Shown in pieces: positions 25,843 to 36,805 of a DNA stretch of 64,000 nt (within the stretch, counting starts at the first letter, position 1; every line of letters begins with the position of its first letter). The stretch covers positions 13,888,001 through 13,952,000 of the forward strand of contig CP158635.1 of assembly GCA_050273025.1 (NCBI GenBank), in the 5' to 3' direction. Both the position numbers and the translations under genes were made by a program. The notes under the pieces were generated by a model. That model did no database searches. It was not told where the DNA came from and was given only the letters and a program-made list of their open reading frames with translations. Origin of the DNA: Cenococcum geophilum. Its lineage: Eukaryota.

Positions 25843-28800
25843 ATGACATCAAACGTTTCGACCAGCTCGCGCGGGGACACACCTTTGAATACCGTCAGTG
25901 CAAAGACCCGCTCAAACTCTCGGTGGCCTAATCCCGAAGCTTCCGTTGGCGAAAGGGAATATCAAAGTTTAGGCAACATAAATCGGTATTGGTCTCGGTG
26001 TTGGCAGGCCACAGGCGAAGTTCGTAGAATCTTCGACGAACACCTGGGAACACAGATTAAAGAATATATCCGGGAGAACAGTGATCCTGTTCCTGCGGGA
26101 GTAACATGGTCCATCTACATGGTTGGCCGCAGCAAAGATAAATCTGAACCAACGATCATTATCTCAGGTGGCAAAGAAGGGGATAGAGGCAAAAAGGTTA
26201 GGGAATTAATCAGGGACAGCCCATTGCTGAGCGGATATCCTGGGATTAAAACAGCATACCGTAGAGAACCTCCGGATCTTGGACATTATAAAGCTCTAGC
26301 GGCCGAGGGTATGGCCGCAGACATACGGGCGGGAGAGGCCCCGCAACAACCAGCAGTTTTCTGTAAGCCTTGGGGACAAACTTTTGGGAAGCAGATCTTT
26401 ATTTCACAGGACCTGCAAGCACCGCTACGGCAAGCTACAGCCGGTGGTTTACTTCGCTGTGGCGAGAAATATTACTACCTTACGGCTGCCCACGCATTCC
26501 TAGAAGACACTGAAAAGGCCGAGGTCGATCCTACCATGTCGGACTGTGATGATGAATTCGATATGGATGGGGTAAGTTCGGTCGGTGACCTAAACGAACA
26601 ACAGGCGGATTACACTAGTCGAGGAAGCACAACGCCGGAGTCAGTTAGGTCAACTAATACTTCCACTTCAGGAAAACGCACCACTAGCAACAGCCTGCCA
26701 GAAAGCCTTCCACTTTTTCCCCATACTTCACAAACTCTTCCGGCGTCACGCGAACAGTCACAGTTGTTCATCGAGGGTACCGTACCTACACCAGCGCCAA
26801 AGCCTCTCGATACATCGTCACCGATTCATACACAATCTGGGCTCATCAGGCTAGGGGAGATGGTTTATTCATCTCATAATGGGCCTCACTCTAGTCTCGA
26901 TTATGCGCTAATTGAGGTATCCGTAACGTCGCTGCTCACCTTTAATGAAATTCCGATCCTCGATGGCACCGGGACATTCTTATACCCTAATCGTGTTGTG
27001 GATACTGGCCCAAAAGATACAGATATTGTTACAGTCACTGGGTCAGCTGGGTTCCTCAGAGGCAGGTTATCTGGGACAAAGTCCTTTAGGGTCGGCTCGG
27101 CGAAGGGCATTATTCAAGAGCTATGGACTGTCGAATTGTTTGGCACGTTAGCAGATGGCGACTGCGGCTCATGGGTAGTAGATGCTCAGTCCGGTGATGT
27201 TTACGGCCACATCGTCGCTGGTAACACTGAGTCGGGCTTCGCGTATGTGGTGCCTGCGTGTCAAGTCTACAACGATATATGGAAATATTTCAGTGATCAA
27301 GTGGAACTTTCAACAATATCCAGTCATTGTAGGCAACTGGGTTCGGTTCCTTCGGTTGACCCGCGCCATTATGCCAGGCTACTCGAAGGTACCGATATCG
27401 AACGAAGAATGCATAAGTGGCACGATTCCATGCAAAACAAGAACAATGATCGTGAAAACGCTTCTATTACACATGGCTCCCACAAAACGTCAAGCCGGCA
27501 ACTACCACCCGGAGGTATGCATACACCTATTTTACCCAAGGCGGGCTTCGACCTAGAAGGCATCCCCCCTAAGTTGATCGTTATTGGAGTTGATTTTGGC
27601 ACGACATATACTGGTAAGTAAGCCTGTACGACTTCGAGTTTGATACTTTTATTCTCCTTAGCAGTTGGAGGTTGTACTAAGATGGAGTTACCGTCATAGG
27701 AGTTGCATTCTCTACCCTTGATTGGCCAGAACCACGAGTCATTAATAACTGGCCAAGCCCCCGTCGTATTCATGTTGAAAACAAGGTACCAACATCCGTT
27801 GCCTACCGAGCAGGTAGAAAACGCATCAATTGGGGCTTCGAATGTCCGGCACCTGCTGAGATTAGGCCTGGAATGGCTGTGTGGGACACATTTAAGCTTT
27901 TTCTGGATCCGTTATTCCTTAAAGAGGTTTGCGATCACTGTAAGGATGAGGACTTAGACTTTATGCCGACAAATGAAGATGTGCAGATGTGGTTCGAAGA
28001 CTTCTTGACGGAACTATATCAGTATATTGTTGCCTACATAACCAAATACTTTCAGCTAAAAGACTGGGAAGCAGCTCGGGTAGTGTATAGTTTTAGCGTG
28101 CCGGCAATATGGAGTAGTCGTATAGAGGTGGTTAAGACATTCGAGGATATTATCAGGAAAGCTGGCTTTGGAAAGAGCAAGCAACATATAGTAAAAATTG
28201 AATTAACGGAGGCAGAAGCTGCAGCAGTATATACCGCAAGGAGCTGGAAAGATCATTATGCAGTAGCCCAACCAGGCAAGCCTTTAGAGGAAGCAGCTGG
28301 AATCCGACAGGGCAGTGTCTTAGTAGTTTGTGATGCGGGAGGCGGTACAACAGTAAATTCCGCCACTTCGCGGTATAAGCAGAACTAAATATACTAATTC
28401 TAATTTTTAGGATACCTCAGTTCTTAAGGTTAATTCTATTAAACCTTTTAGGGACAGTAACGGTAATGAAGAGGTGATTGCTGGACTGGAACAACTTGAC
28501 TCTGTCGAGGGTTGGTTCCCACTGTCCCTATCTTTTATGCTTATATATAAGCTAACTTAAGTTGTTAGGCAAAGCCACCGGTTCAGTTCAGATTGACGAG
28601 GCATTCCAAAGAGAGGTTGAGAGGCGGTTAAGGCTTATTCTACATGCGGATAATTACGAGCTAGAATATGCTACAAAAGATATGCTTAACCGATCCTTAG
28701 AAGAGGCGGCTGATAGTCAGAGGAACAACAGACTTGGATGGGGAAACAATACTGCGAAAGATGTAATCAAGTCTATGGCAGAAGATATGACTAAAAGTCG

Positions 28801-30047
28801 AAGAGGGATGTCTTTCCAGCATTTGAAAAAGATATTTGGGACGAAATTATTTACGGATAACATCAAAGTACAACTCCCAGATTTATTTAAGAATTTCAAC
28901 TATCCTGAAGTTGGGGTCGAGGGTGGCAGAATGACATTCACCTAGTAAGTTTTGGAATCTAGTATACTGCCAAGCTAATAGGCCGCGCAGCGATGACATT
29001 AAAGCGATGTTCGACGAGCAGGTATATAGTATTTTTAAACTCATTGACGATCAGCTAGAGCGTCTCCGGAAAATTGACCCATCACAACAAGTAGTATGTA
29101 ATCTTATATACTTCCTCTATACTATCTATAAGATATAAAGTCTCACTTTAGCAGTCACATTTTGTTATTTCGGGAGGTCTAGGTTCCTCAAAATACGTCC
29201 AAGATTGCATCATGAGACGCTTCGGCCCAATACCAGGTGGTCATAGAATAGAGATTCTAGTCGCTAGAGATCCGTGAGTATATAAATATTCTAAATATCT
29301 CCTTTAAATTGCTCACTAAACCTATGCAGCCAGCTCTCTGTCTGTAAGGGCCTAGTAATCGACCATATTTATTCCGTAAATTATGCAAATTTTATCCTTT
29401 CTACTATGTGTAGCCGGGTATCCTATGGTATCCTTTTCAACGAACCTTACAACAAGATTCAGCACCCAGGACCACCATATAAGGGTCCAGTTGATAGGAA
29501 AGACTATGGCTTAAACCAGATCCGATGGTTAGTCCGCGCTGGTAAGCCAATCAGGCGCGATAAACCTATCAGTAGGACCTTCTATCGCATTGCGGATCCC
29601 AAAATTGAGAGAACAATTATTTGCAGTGATACTATCGTTTCTTCTAGTGCACCGGTCGATTATCTTCCACGCAGTATTAATGAAGGGGGTGCTGTAAGAG
29701 CATATCAGATCAAATCAAAGTTAGACTTAAATGCTCTTAAGCAAGAAGATTATGTAGAACGTCAGCAAAGGATGAAGTTCTTAGGCTTAAAGGCTAAAAG
29801 CTATTGGGAGATTGAGCATACTATCCTTGTGTACACTGGCGTGGCGGATCTAAGATTTCAGATTCGAGTCGGCAAGAACGTTATTGGGGAGGCATCCTTA
29901 ATTCCAATTATTTGGATGCACGAGCGGGATGCCAGACAAGATGGTGTAGTTAGTGGAGAGGAAATGGAGGATGAAGATTCTAAATTGTTTGAGATACAGG
30001 ACGAGCAAGAGCAGATTAAACTTCGTGCGTTGCCTCGAACTTGGTAA
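25843..30047 (+). CDS. Intact 7-exon gene, ~1279 aa: N-terminal trypsin-fold peptidase domain (His-Asp-Cys) fused to an atypical Hsp70-family (HSPA12-like) actin-fold ATPase
   Basis: Manual splicing with GT..AG introns gives exons 25843-27613, 27700-28352, 28411-28510, 28569-28944, 28991-29093, 29155-29273 and 29330-30047 (3840 nt, no internal stop). Splicing rebuilds Hsp70 motifs: VIGVDFGTTYT|GVAFS (phosphate 1), NKVPTSVAY, LTEAEAAA, VVCDAGGGTT|D (phosphate 2), GSVQID, ISGGLGSSKY (adenosine), VCKGLV, SRVSYG. Exon 1 carries ATAGG, LTAAHAF (H217), LDYALIE (D353) and ADGDCGSWVVD (C441) followed by YGHIVAG. The start codon is the least certain part. Confidence 0.9.
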
Positions 30048-30103
30048 ATGGCGATTTACTTAGAATACCCAACTACTAGCGTAGGAGCACTGTTAGAACA
30101 TTA

Positions 30104-30232
30104 ATTTTTTCTCTTTATTTTTTATATATACATATATACTACGCACAATACTACGCATGCAGGCTCTAGGCTATGGCGCTATAGCTCTATATATATAAAT
30201 CATTCCTAGGCGGCTTAATATGTATTAATAGC
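30104..30232 (-). mobile_element. Diverged LINE C / family D 3'-tail stub, ~57 bp downstream of the gene's stop codon
   Basis: T-rich end plus TACTACGCACAATACTACGCATGCAGGCTCTAGGCTATGGCGCTATAG, matching the shared tail. Confidence 0.8.
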
Positions 30233-30456
30233 TGTCAAAAATAGACTAACGTACTTCACCACCTAGTGCGCCGCCCCACCAAGTATACCTACTGTAAAAG
30301 GCAATTCTTTTAACAACAGAGCATTTAGTATTAATAATATATATATTATATAGTTCTTTAACGCTCTAGGCACGTCCTCGCATTATGCTCAAGCGACTAG
30401 CATACACTACATTTTGGTGGTGCTCGTTGCCGTCACTCGCCAAGTATATTGTTAGT

Positions 30457-30670
30457 TTTATTTAAATACTCTTCTATAGAAGAATATTTAGATAAGGTAG
30501 TTTCGAAAGGCTCTTTACAGATTAAGAATTCCGAGCTAAACCCTTTTGGGCTGTAAAGATTTTTTTTAACAGTTTCTATACTTCTAGAGCTGTTTTAGAA
30601 TACTATATTTATAAGAGAGGTCCATCCTTAATTATCAGCCTTATATTAGCTAAGGCTTTTTAGTTGATTT
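30457..30670 (-). mobile_element. Copia A gag fragment
   Basis: Reverse complement of 23055-23265. Confidence 0.8.
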
Positions 30671-31094
30671 TGTTAATTTAGGTAGGCGGAGGTCGGAGGA
30701 CGACAGGGTGAACGAAGTGGATGAACTTGGTATAATTAATAATGTCTATCTGCAAGGAATTAAGTCTCTATATACCTGGAAGACCCTAGTTCCAAAACGT
30801 CTACATTTCAGCTTATATACCTAATACACTAGGTAATATATTACCTAATATACTAGGTGATATATTACCTAATATACTAGGTAATACGTTACCTAATATA
30901 CTAGGTAATACGTTACCTAATATACTAGGTAATACGTTACCTAATATACTGGCTAATATACTAGCTAATACTATCTAATATACTAGTTAATATACTAGCT
31001 AATACCATCTAATACACCGTGTAAAGCCGTACGGTTCTTCTAGGGTGTTCTTATATAACGCTTATATAAGCAACACTAGAGCTTATTATTGACA
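30671..31094 (-). mobile_element. Copia family A LTR (variant, heavily mutated), flanks unmatched
   Basis: TGTTAATT...ATTGACA ends. The left flank is Copia gag and the right flank is a Gypsy LTR, with no TSD. Confidence 0.88.
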
Positions 31095-32877
31095 AACTAG
31101 TATATTAATAAATATAAATTTAGAAGGTTCTATACGGGAAGAAGAAGAGATCTCTCTAGTTTCTAAAGCTAGAGGAGAAATCTCCTTTATACAGCACAAT
31201 GTGTTATAGTGCTGCAATGAAGTAGACCAAATAACTATGTTGTGGTATAAAGAGGAGAAGAAGGTGAAAAGGGGTATTGTATATAAATAGTAGGGCCAGC
31301 CGCCGAGGCGCTAGTGGTGGGCCAGCCAACGGTAGGAAACAGTATAAGACAGTATGGAACAGTATGCAATAAGTTAGTGCCGTGATAGTACTCCCCTCCC
31401 CTAAAAGGTTTGGTCCCTAAACCGAATAGGTAACTCTAAACCAAATAAGTAACTCTAAAAACAGGCAATGCGCGATTTTCCATCCCGGGGATGGAAAATC
31501 CTAATTAGTCGGCTTAGTGAATAGAGTTAGCAGAATTCCATACCGCCCTCCAAATCGGTCTAGTGCTGCGCCTTTTGCAAGAATCTAACCAATTAGACAA
31601 CTTCGACCGGCGGTTAAAGTTCTATAATATCTCAACCATTACATAATCAACCTCGGCGTAACAACTCTCCCTTATCTCGTGCCCAGTCTGGGGGTCCTGG
31701 CTTCTTAGGGTGTTGCTTATAAAACTTAAGTAGTGCACGCTCGCACCCTTTTAAGGATTTCTCGGGTTCCCAGGTTTCTTTATTATAATACTTCCACTTA
31801 ATATAGTATGTTAAGCTATGCTCGTCTATTTATTTATTATGCATATTAAAGATCTTCTCAAACTCCCACTTGTCTATAATATTACCGTTATTGTCCCTTT
31901 TAGCTATCCTGCCTATAACGTTACAACGCTCCTCCTTATTAATGCGTACTTAGCCGGGGATCTCTTTAGGGAACTAGAGGCGGACTTTTAACGTATAAAA
32001 AGACTTATTAACGCGAATGTGATCTAGGAGGTCTACTATAACTGCCCCTCTATAAGTATCTAAGACGGGCTAAGGTCCATCCCAATTGTCGTCCCACTTC
32101 CTCTTAGGCCGGTTAGTCTTTATGTTTTTAAGGCTAACCATAACTATATTATCCTTTTTAAATATTATACCTTCGTCCCGTTTCGTATTAGCGTTATCTT
32201 TATAGCGTTACTAGGAGATGCGGGCTAGGGCCTTAAGCTGAGTTAGGATATGCTTAAAGCGGTTCGCAATAGTATTAGCTTATAGGTACTCTTTCTTTAT
32301 ATATACGGATAGGGCTAATGGCTGGGGGCCCGCTGGTTTGACGCCTAGACGTGGGTTATAGCTATAGTTGGCGAAGAACGGTGAGAATCCCGTGGTCTCG
32401 TTAACCTAGTTATTTGTGGCAAACTTAGTAAGGGGGAGCCAATCTACTTAGTCGTCTTAGGTAAAGCTTACGAAGGCGCGTAGGTACTTATTCATTGCTG
32501 TATTAATAATCTCGGTTTGGCTATCTGTTTTAGGGTACTATACAGAACTAGGGCTTAGGGTTACCTTTAGGCGCTAGTTTAGGCGACGCCAGAAGTTAGA
32601 AACGAATAAAGAGCCTTTATTAGAAATGATAGTATTCGGAGCACCGTGTAACTTATAGATAGTATAGATAAATGCTTTAATAAGCTCCTTAGTGTCTAGG
32701 CTAGTAACAGGAATAAAGTGTCTTATCTTCGTTAGGCGGTTAACAACAATAAAGATATGTCTATATATTTTGCCGTTGCGAAGGTACTTAGGTAGGTTAA
32801 CGATGTGGTTAATAGAGATATTAGTCTACGGGCGGACTAGTAGTTCTAGTAGTTTTAGGAAACCGGGCGGTGCTAAG
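31095..32877 (-). mobile_element. Ty3/Gypsy (chromovirus-type) 3' fragment: integrase, chromodomain, PPT, part of the 3' LTR (31095-31387)
   Basis: Minus strand gives YIFIVVNRLTK, IISNKGSLFVSNFW, .TDSQTEIIN (integrase core) and YYIKWK.YNKETWEPEKSL (chromodomain, ~31755-31810). PPT AGGGGAGGGGAG is followed by T(A/G)TCACGGC. Confidence 0.85.
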
Positions 32878-35800
32878 TGTAAATTTGCGTAAGCGGAGGT
32901 CGGAGGACGACAGGGTGAACGATGTAGTGAAGTAAGTGAAGTGGATGAACTTAATGCAATTAATGATGTCTATCTGCGGGGGATCGAGTCTCTATATACC
33001 TGGAAGACCCTAGTTCCGAAACGTCTACGTTCCGTCTCGTATTCTAATACGTTACCTAATACACTAGGTGATACGTTACCTAACACACTAGGTGATACAT
33101 TACCTAATACACTAGGTGATACGTTACCTAATACACTGGCTGATACACTAGCTAATACCATCTAATACACTAGTTAATACACTAGTTAATACACTAGCTG
33201 ATACCATCTAATACACCGCGTAAAGCCGTAGGGTTCTTCCAGGGTATTCTTATGTAATGCTTACATAAGCAACATCAGAGATTATTATTAACACGCCCCC
33301 ATAAACAATATATTATATTGCAATATTTTATTTATTAATTTTATTCATTAATTTTGTTCATTGAATTTATTTATTAATTTTATGTATTAAGTAACCTAAG
33401 AAGTAAGTTAAGCAGCCTTAATAAAAACCTTAACCTATGGCCAAAACCCAGTGGGAATAAAAGGTCCAATTAGGAAGGAAAAGAGTATCTGCTGATTTTA
33501 TTTATCAATTTTGTTTATTAATTTTATTTATCTATTGGTAGCAAGTTCATCTACCTAACCAGATTCTTAAAAGTAGGTCCACTTAGTGCTTTAGTAAGCA
33601 TATGAGCTAGCTATTCTTTCGTACTTATATAGCTTAGCTATATTATATTATTTATTACATGTTCTCACATAAAGTGGTATTATATATTAATATGCTTAGT
33701 CTTAGCATAATATTCTAGATTGTTCGCCAATTTAATTGCTAATAGGCTGTCTGTAAACAAATGGAATTTTTCTTTATTTTCTATATTAAGCTGTTTAATA
33801 ACGCTTATTAAATATAGATATTCCTTTACAGCCTCTTTTAGGGCCATATATTTAGCTTTACAGCTAGATAGAGTAACTGTTTTTTATAATTAACTTACCC
33901 AGCTTATAGGGCTTCTACCAAATAAGAAGTAGTATGCGCTAGTTAATTTTCGACCTATTATATCACCCCCCCAATCTAAATCGCAGTAACCTAAAATATA
34001 AGGTTCTGATTGTCCAGAATAGGTAATTCCTAAGGTAGGGGTGTAATTTAAGTATTTCTAAATTTGATTTAGTGCCTGGTAATATATTTTATTTAGATTT
34101 AACATAAATCTAGCGTAGGTATTTACGTTGTAGGCTATATTAGGCCTAGTCTTTATAGATAAGTATATTAGGCTTCCTACTTCTTATTAATACTATTTTA
34201 TATCTTTAGAAGAGGCCTATTCTATATTCTTTTCTATTTTTAAGCTAATAATTCCAGGGGTAGATACTGGATTTAGATTTTGTTTATTAAACCTTTATAA
34301 GATATTTTAGGTGTAATTCTTTTGGTTTAGTTTTATAACCTTATTTTTATAATCTCTAGTAATTTCCATACCTAGGAAATAGGAAACTGGTCCTAAATTT
34401 ATCAATTCTAGGTCTTTACCTAGTTTTGTTTAAATTTTATTTATTTATTTAATATTTGGGCTAAATACTAGTAGATCGTCTATATGGCAGATTATTATAA
34501 TGCCTAGTATATTATTTTTAAATACTGCCTAATCTGCAAAGATAGGATAAAATCCTTCTTTTTTAAGGTTATTTGCTAGGTGGTTATACCATATTCTTAG
34601 TAATTGTTTTAGGCTATATAGAGCTTTATTTAATTTATATACCTTATTTAATATTACAGTAACACCTTCTAGTTGTTCTACATATAGCTCCTTATTTATA
34701 TTAGCATGCGTAAACGCATTTTTAAAGTCCTATTATACTATTTCCTAATTATAGTAAGCTGCTAAATATAGTAGCATTTTATACACTTCTGGGCGGCAAG
34801 TATTTATAAAGGTTTTTTTATAATCTATGCCATATTGCTAACTAAAGCCTTTTACTACCCATCTGGCCTTATATTTAATTATTTGGTTATTTTAATCTGT
34901 TTTAATTTTATACACCCATTAAGTTTTTAGAGCCTTTCTATTAGGTGGTAGATTAATAATATTCTAGGTCTTTTGTTTTTTAAGTTAATCAATTTCTATA
35001 CCCATTACTGTTTGCCAATTTGGCCAATTAGGCGATTTTATAGCTTCTCTATAGGACCTTAGTTTATTTTAATTGGTTCCTAAGAGAGCTAGTTTGTCTA
35101 TATCATTATCCTCTGATTTACTAAATTAATTTATCCTTGATATTTAATTTTATCTGGTTTAATTTTGTCTAACAGATTAGACAGATTAAGATTAATTTTA
35201 TTTAACAGATTAATTTTGTTTAATAGCTCAATTTTATTTAATAGCTTAATTTTATTTATTTATCTGTTTATCTCTTTTATTTAAATTAAACAGACTTTCT
35301 TTATTAACTTCTAGGTCGGCTTCTTTGCTAGTATTAAAATTATAAAACTGGTTTTCCAGTATTTTAATATCTCTAGCCTAAGTAAGCCTTTTTGAATCTA
35401 TATTATATAATCTGTAAAGATTACTTCTAAATCCAAGTAATATCGCCTTTTTAGCTCTAGGCTCTAGTTTTTTAAGTCCTTTAGCTTTATTTTTATAATA
35501 CGCAATTAATCCAAATACTTTAATATTTATAATATCTGGTTTTATATTATAAAGTACTTCATAAGGCGTCTTAAATTATAATTAACTATGTGGAGTCCTA
35601 TTATATAGGTAAACTACTATACTTACTGCTTCCCCCCAAAGGTTCTTTGGTAGTTTTGTAGTAAATAAAATACAGCATACCTTTTCTAGTATTGTTTGAT
35701 TTATTTGTTCTATTAACCCATTTTGTTCGTGGGTATAAGCAGCCAAATATTACTAAACAATACCGTATGTAAAGCAGGCTCCTTTAAACCTTTTATTTAT

Positions 35801-36805
35801 AAATTTACCCCCCTAATCTGATTTTAGGTATTATATTTTCCTTTTTAATAGATTTTCAGCTTAATTTTTAAATTCTATAAAAGCTTTATAGGCTTCTAAT
35901 TTAGATTTCAGTAATTTAAATTCTAAATATCTAGTAGCTGAATCTAGGAAGAAAATAATGTATCTTTCACCATTTATAGTTTTAGGGGATATTGGTCTAT
36001 ATAAGTCAGTTACTACCTTTTCTAGGTGAACTTTTGCTTTTAGTGTAATTTCTTTCTTTTACTAACTTGTTAGCTTTAATTTTATATAAATTTCGTATTT
36101 ATCTAATAGAATATTTAATTATAGACCTAGAGTCTTTTGTAGTAAAATAGGATTTATATAGCCCATTCTTTAGTGCCAAAGTTTAATTTTATCTGCTTGT
36201 TTAAGCAAATTAATTTTGTTTGTTTATTTAAGCAAATTAATTTTATTTATTGGCTTAATTTTATTTATTTACTTACTTTTGACCTTTTAGTCTTTTTACT
36301 AGGCAGATTGTTTTATACTATATCTATATAGTACAGGGAGTTTCTTCCTATAGCTGAGATAAGCAGTTATTTATTTTTGTATATATAGGCTTAACCGCCC
36401 TTAATAACAATTTTATAGCTAAGTTAATCTAGCTTACTGACAGAGATAAGATTGTATTAAAAATTGGGTGCATATCTGCCGTTTTCCAGTACAATTTTGT
36501 TTCCTTTGTTTACTAATTTAACATTTCCGATTCTAATATAATTAATTAATGCATCGGTTCCCCAACTAATTTTCCCATAGGAATCTTTAAAGCTTATAAA
36601 GTATTCCTTTTTAGTTATTAGATGCTTAGTAGCTCCTAAGTCTAATATAAAATTAGCTCCTTTTTAATTTGGTTAGGGGTTTTTATTAGTAATAAGTACC
36701 TAATTGGTATCCATCAGATTAAGATTGATTTCGAAATTGTCTTCTTCTATATTACTAGGATAGTTATTACTAGTATTTATAGATACGAGAGCTTCTTAGG
36801 GTTTT
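32878..36805 (-). mobile_element. Copia family A 3' half: 3' LTR 32878-33293, PPT, RNase H, RT, integrase, protease
   Basis: PPT GGGGGCG abuts the LTR. Minus-strand motifs ICHIDDLLVF (~34465-34495), YKARWVVKGF, HEQNGLIEQINQT and FILDLGATKH (~36622-36652). Domain order PR-IN-RT-RH is Copia-type. Confidence 0.92.

Noticed and set aside
27614..27699. Gene as a pseudogene because of stops at 27619-27621 and after the proximal AG acceptors (27661, 27664)
   Set aside because: The acceptor at 27699, with branch-like TACTAAG upstream, restores TGVAFS and an open frame, so the stops are intronic.
26901..28899. Short antisense or off-frame ORFs inside the gene, and the separate Hsp70 ORF pieces as independent genes
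   Set aside because: The in-frame pieces are exons of one spliced gene; the others are shadows with no motifs.
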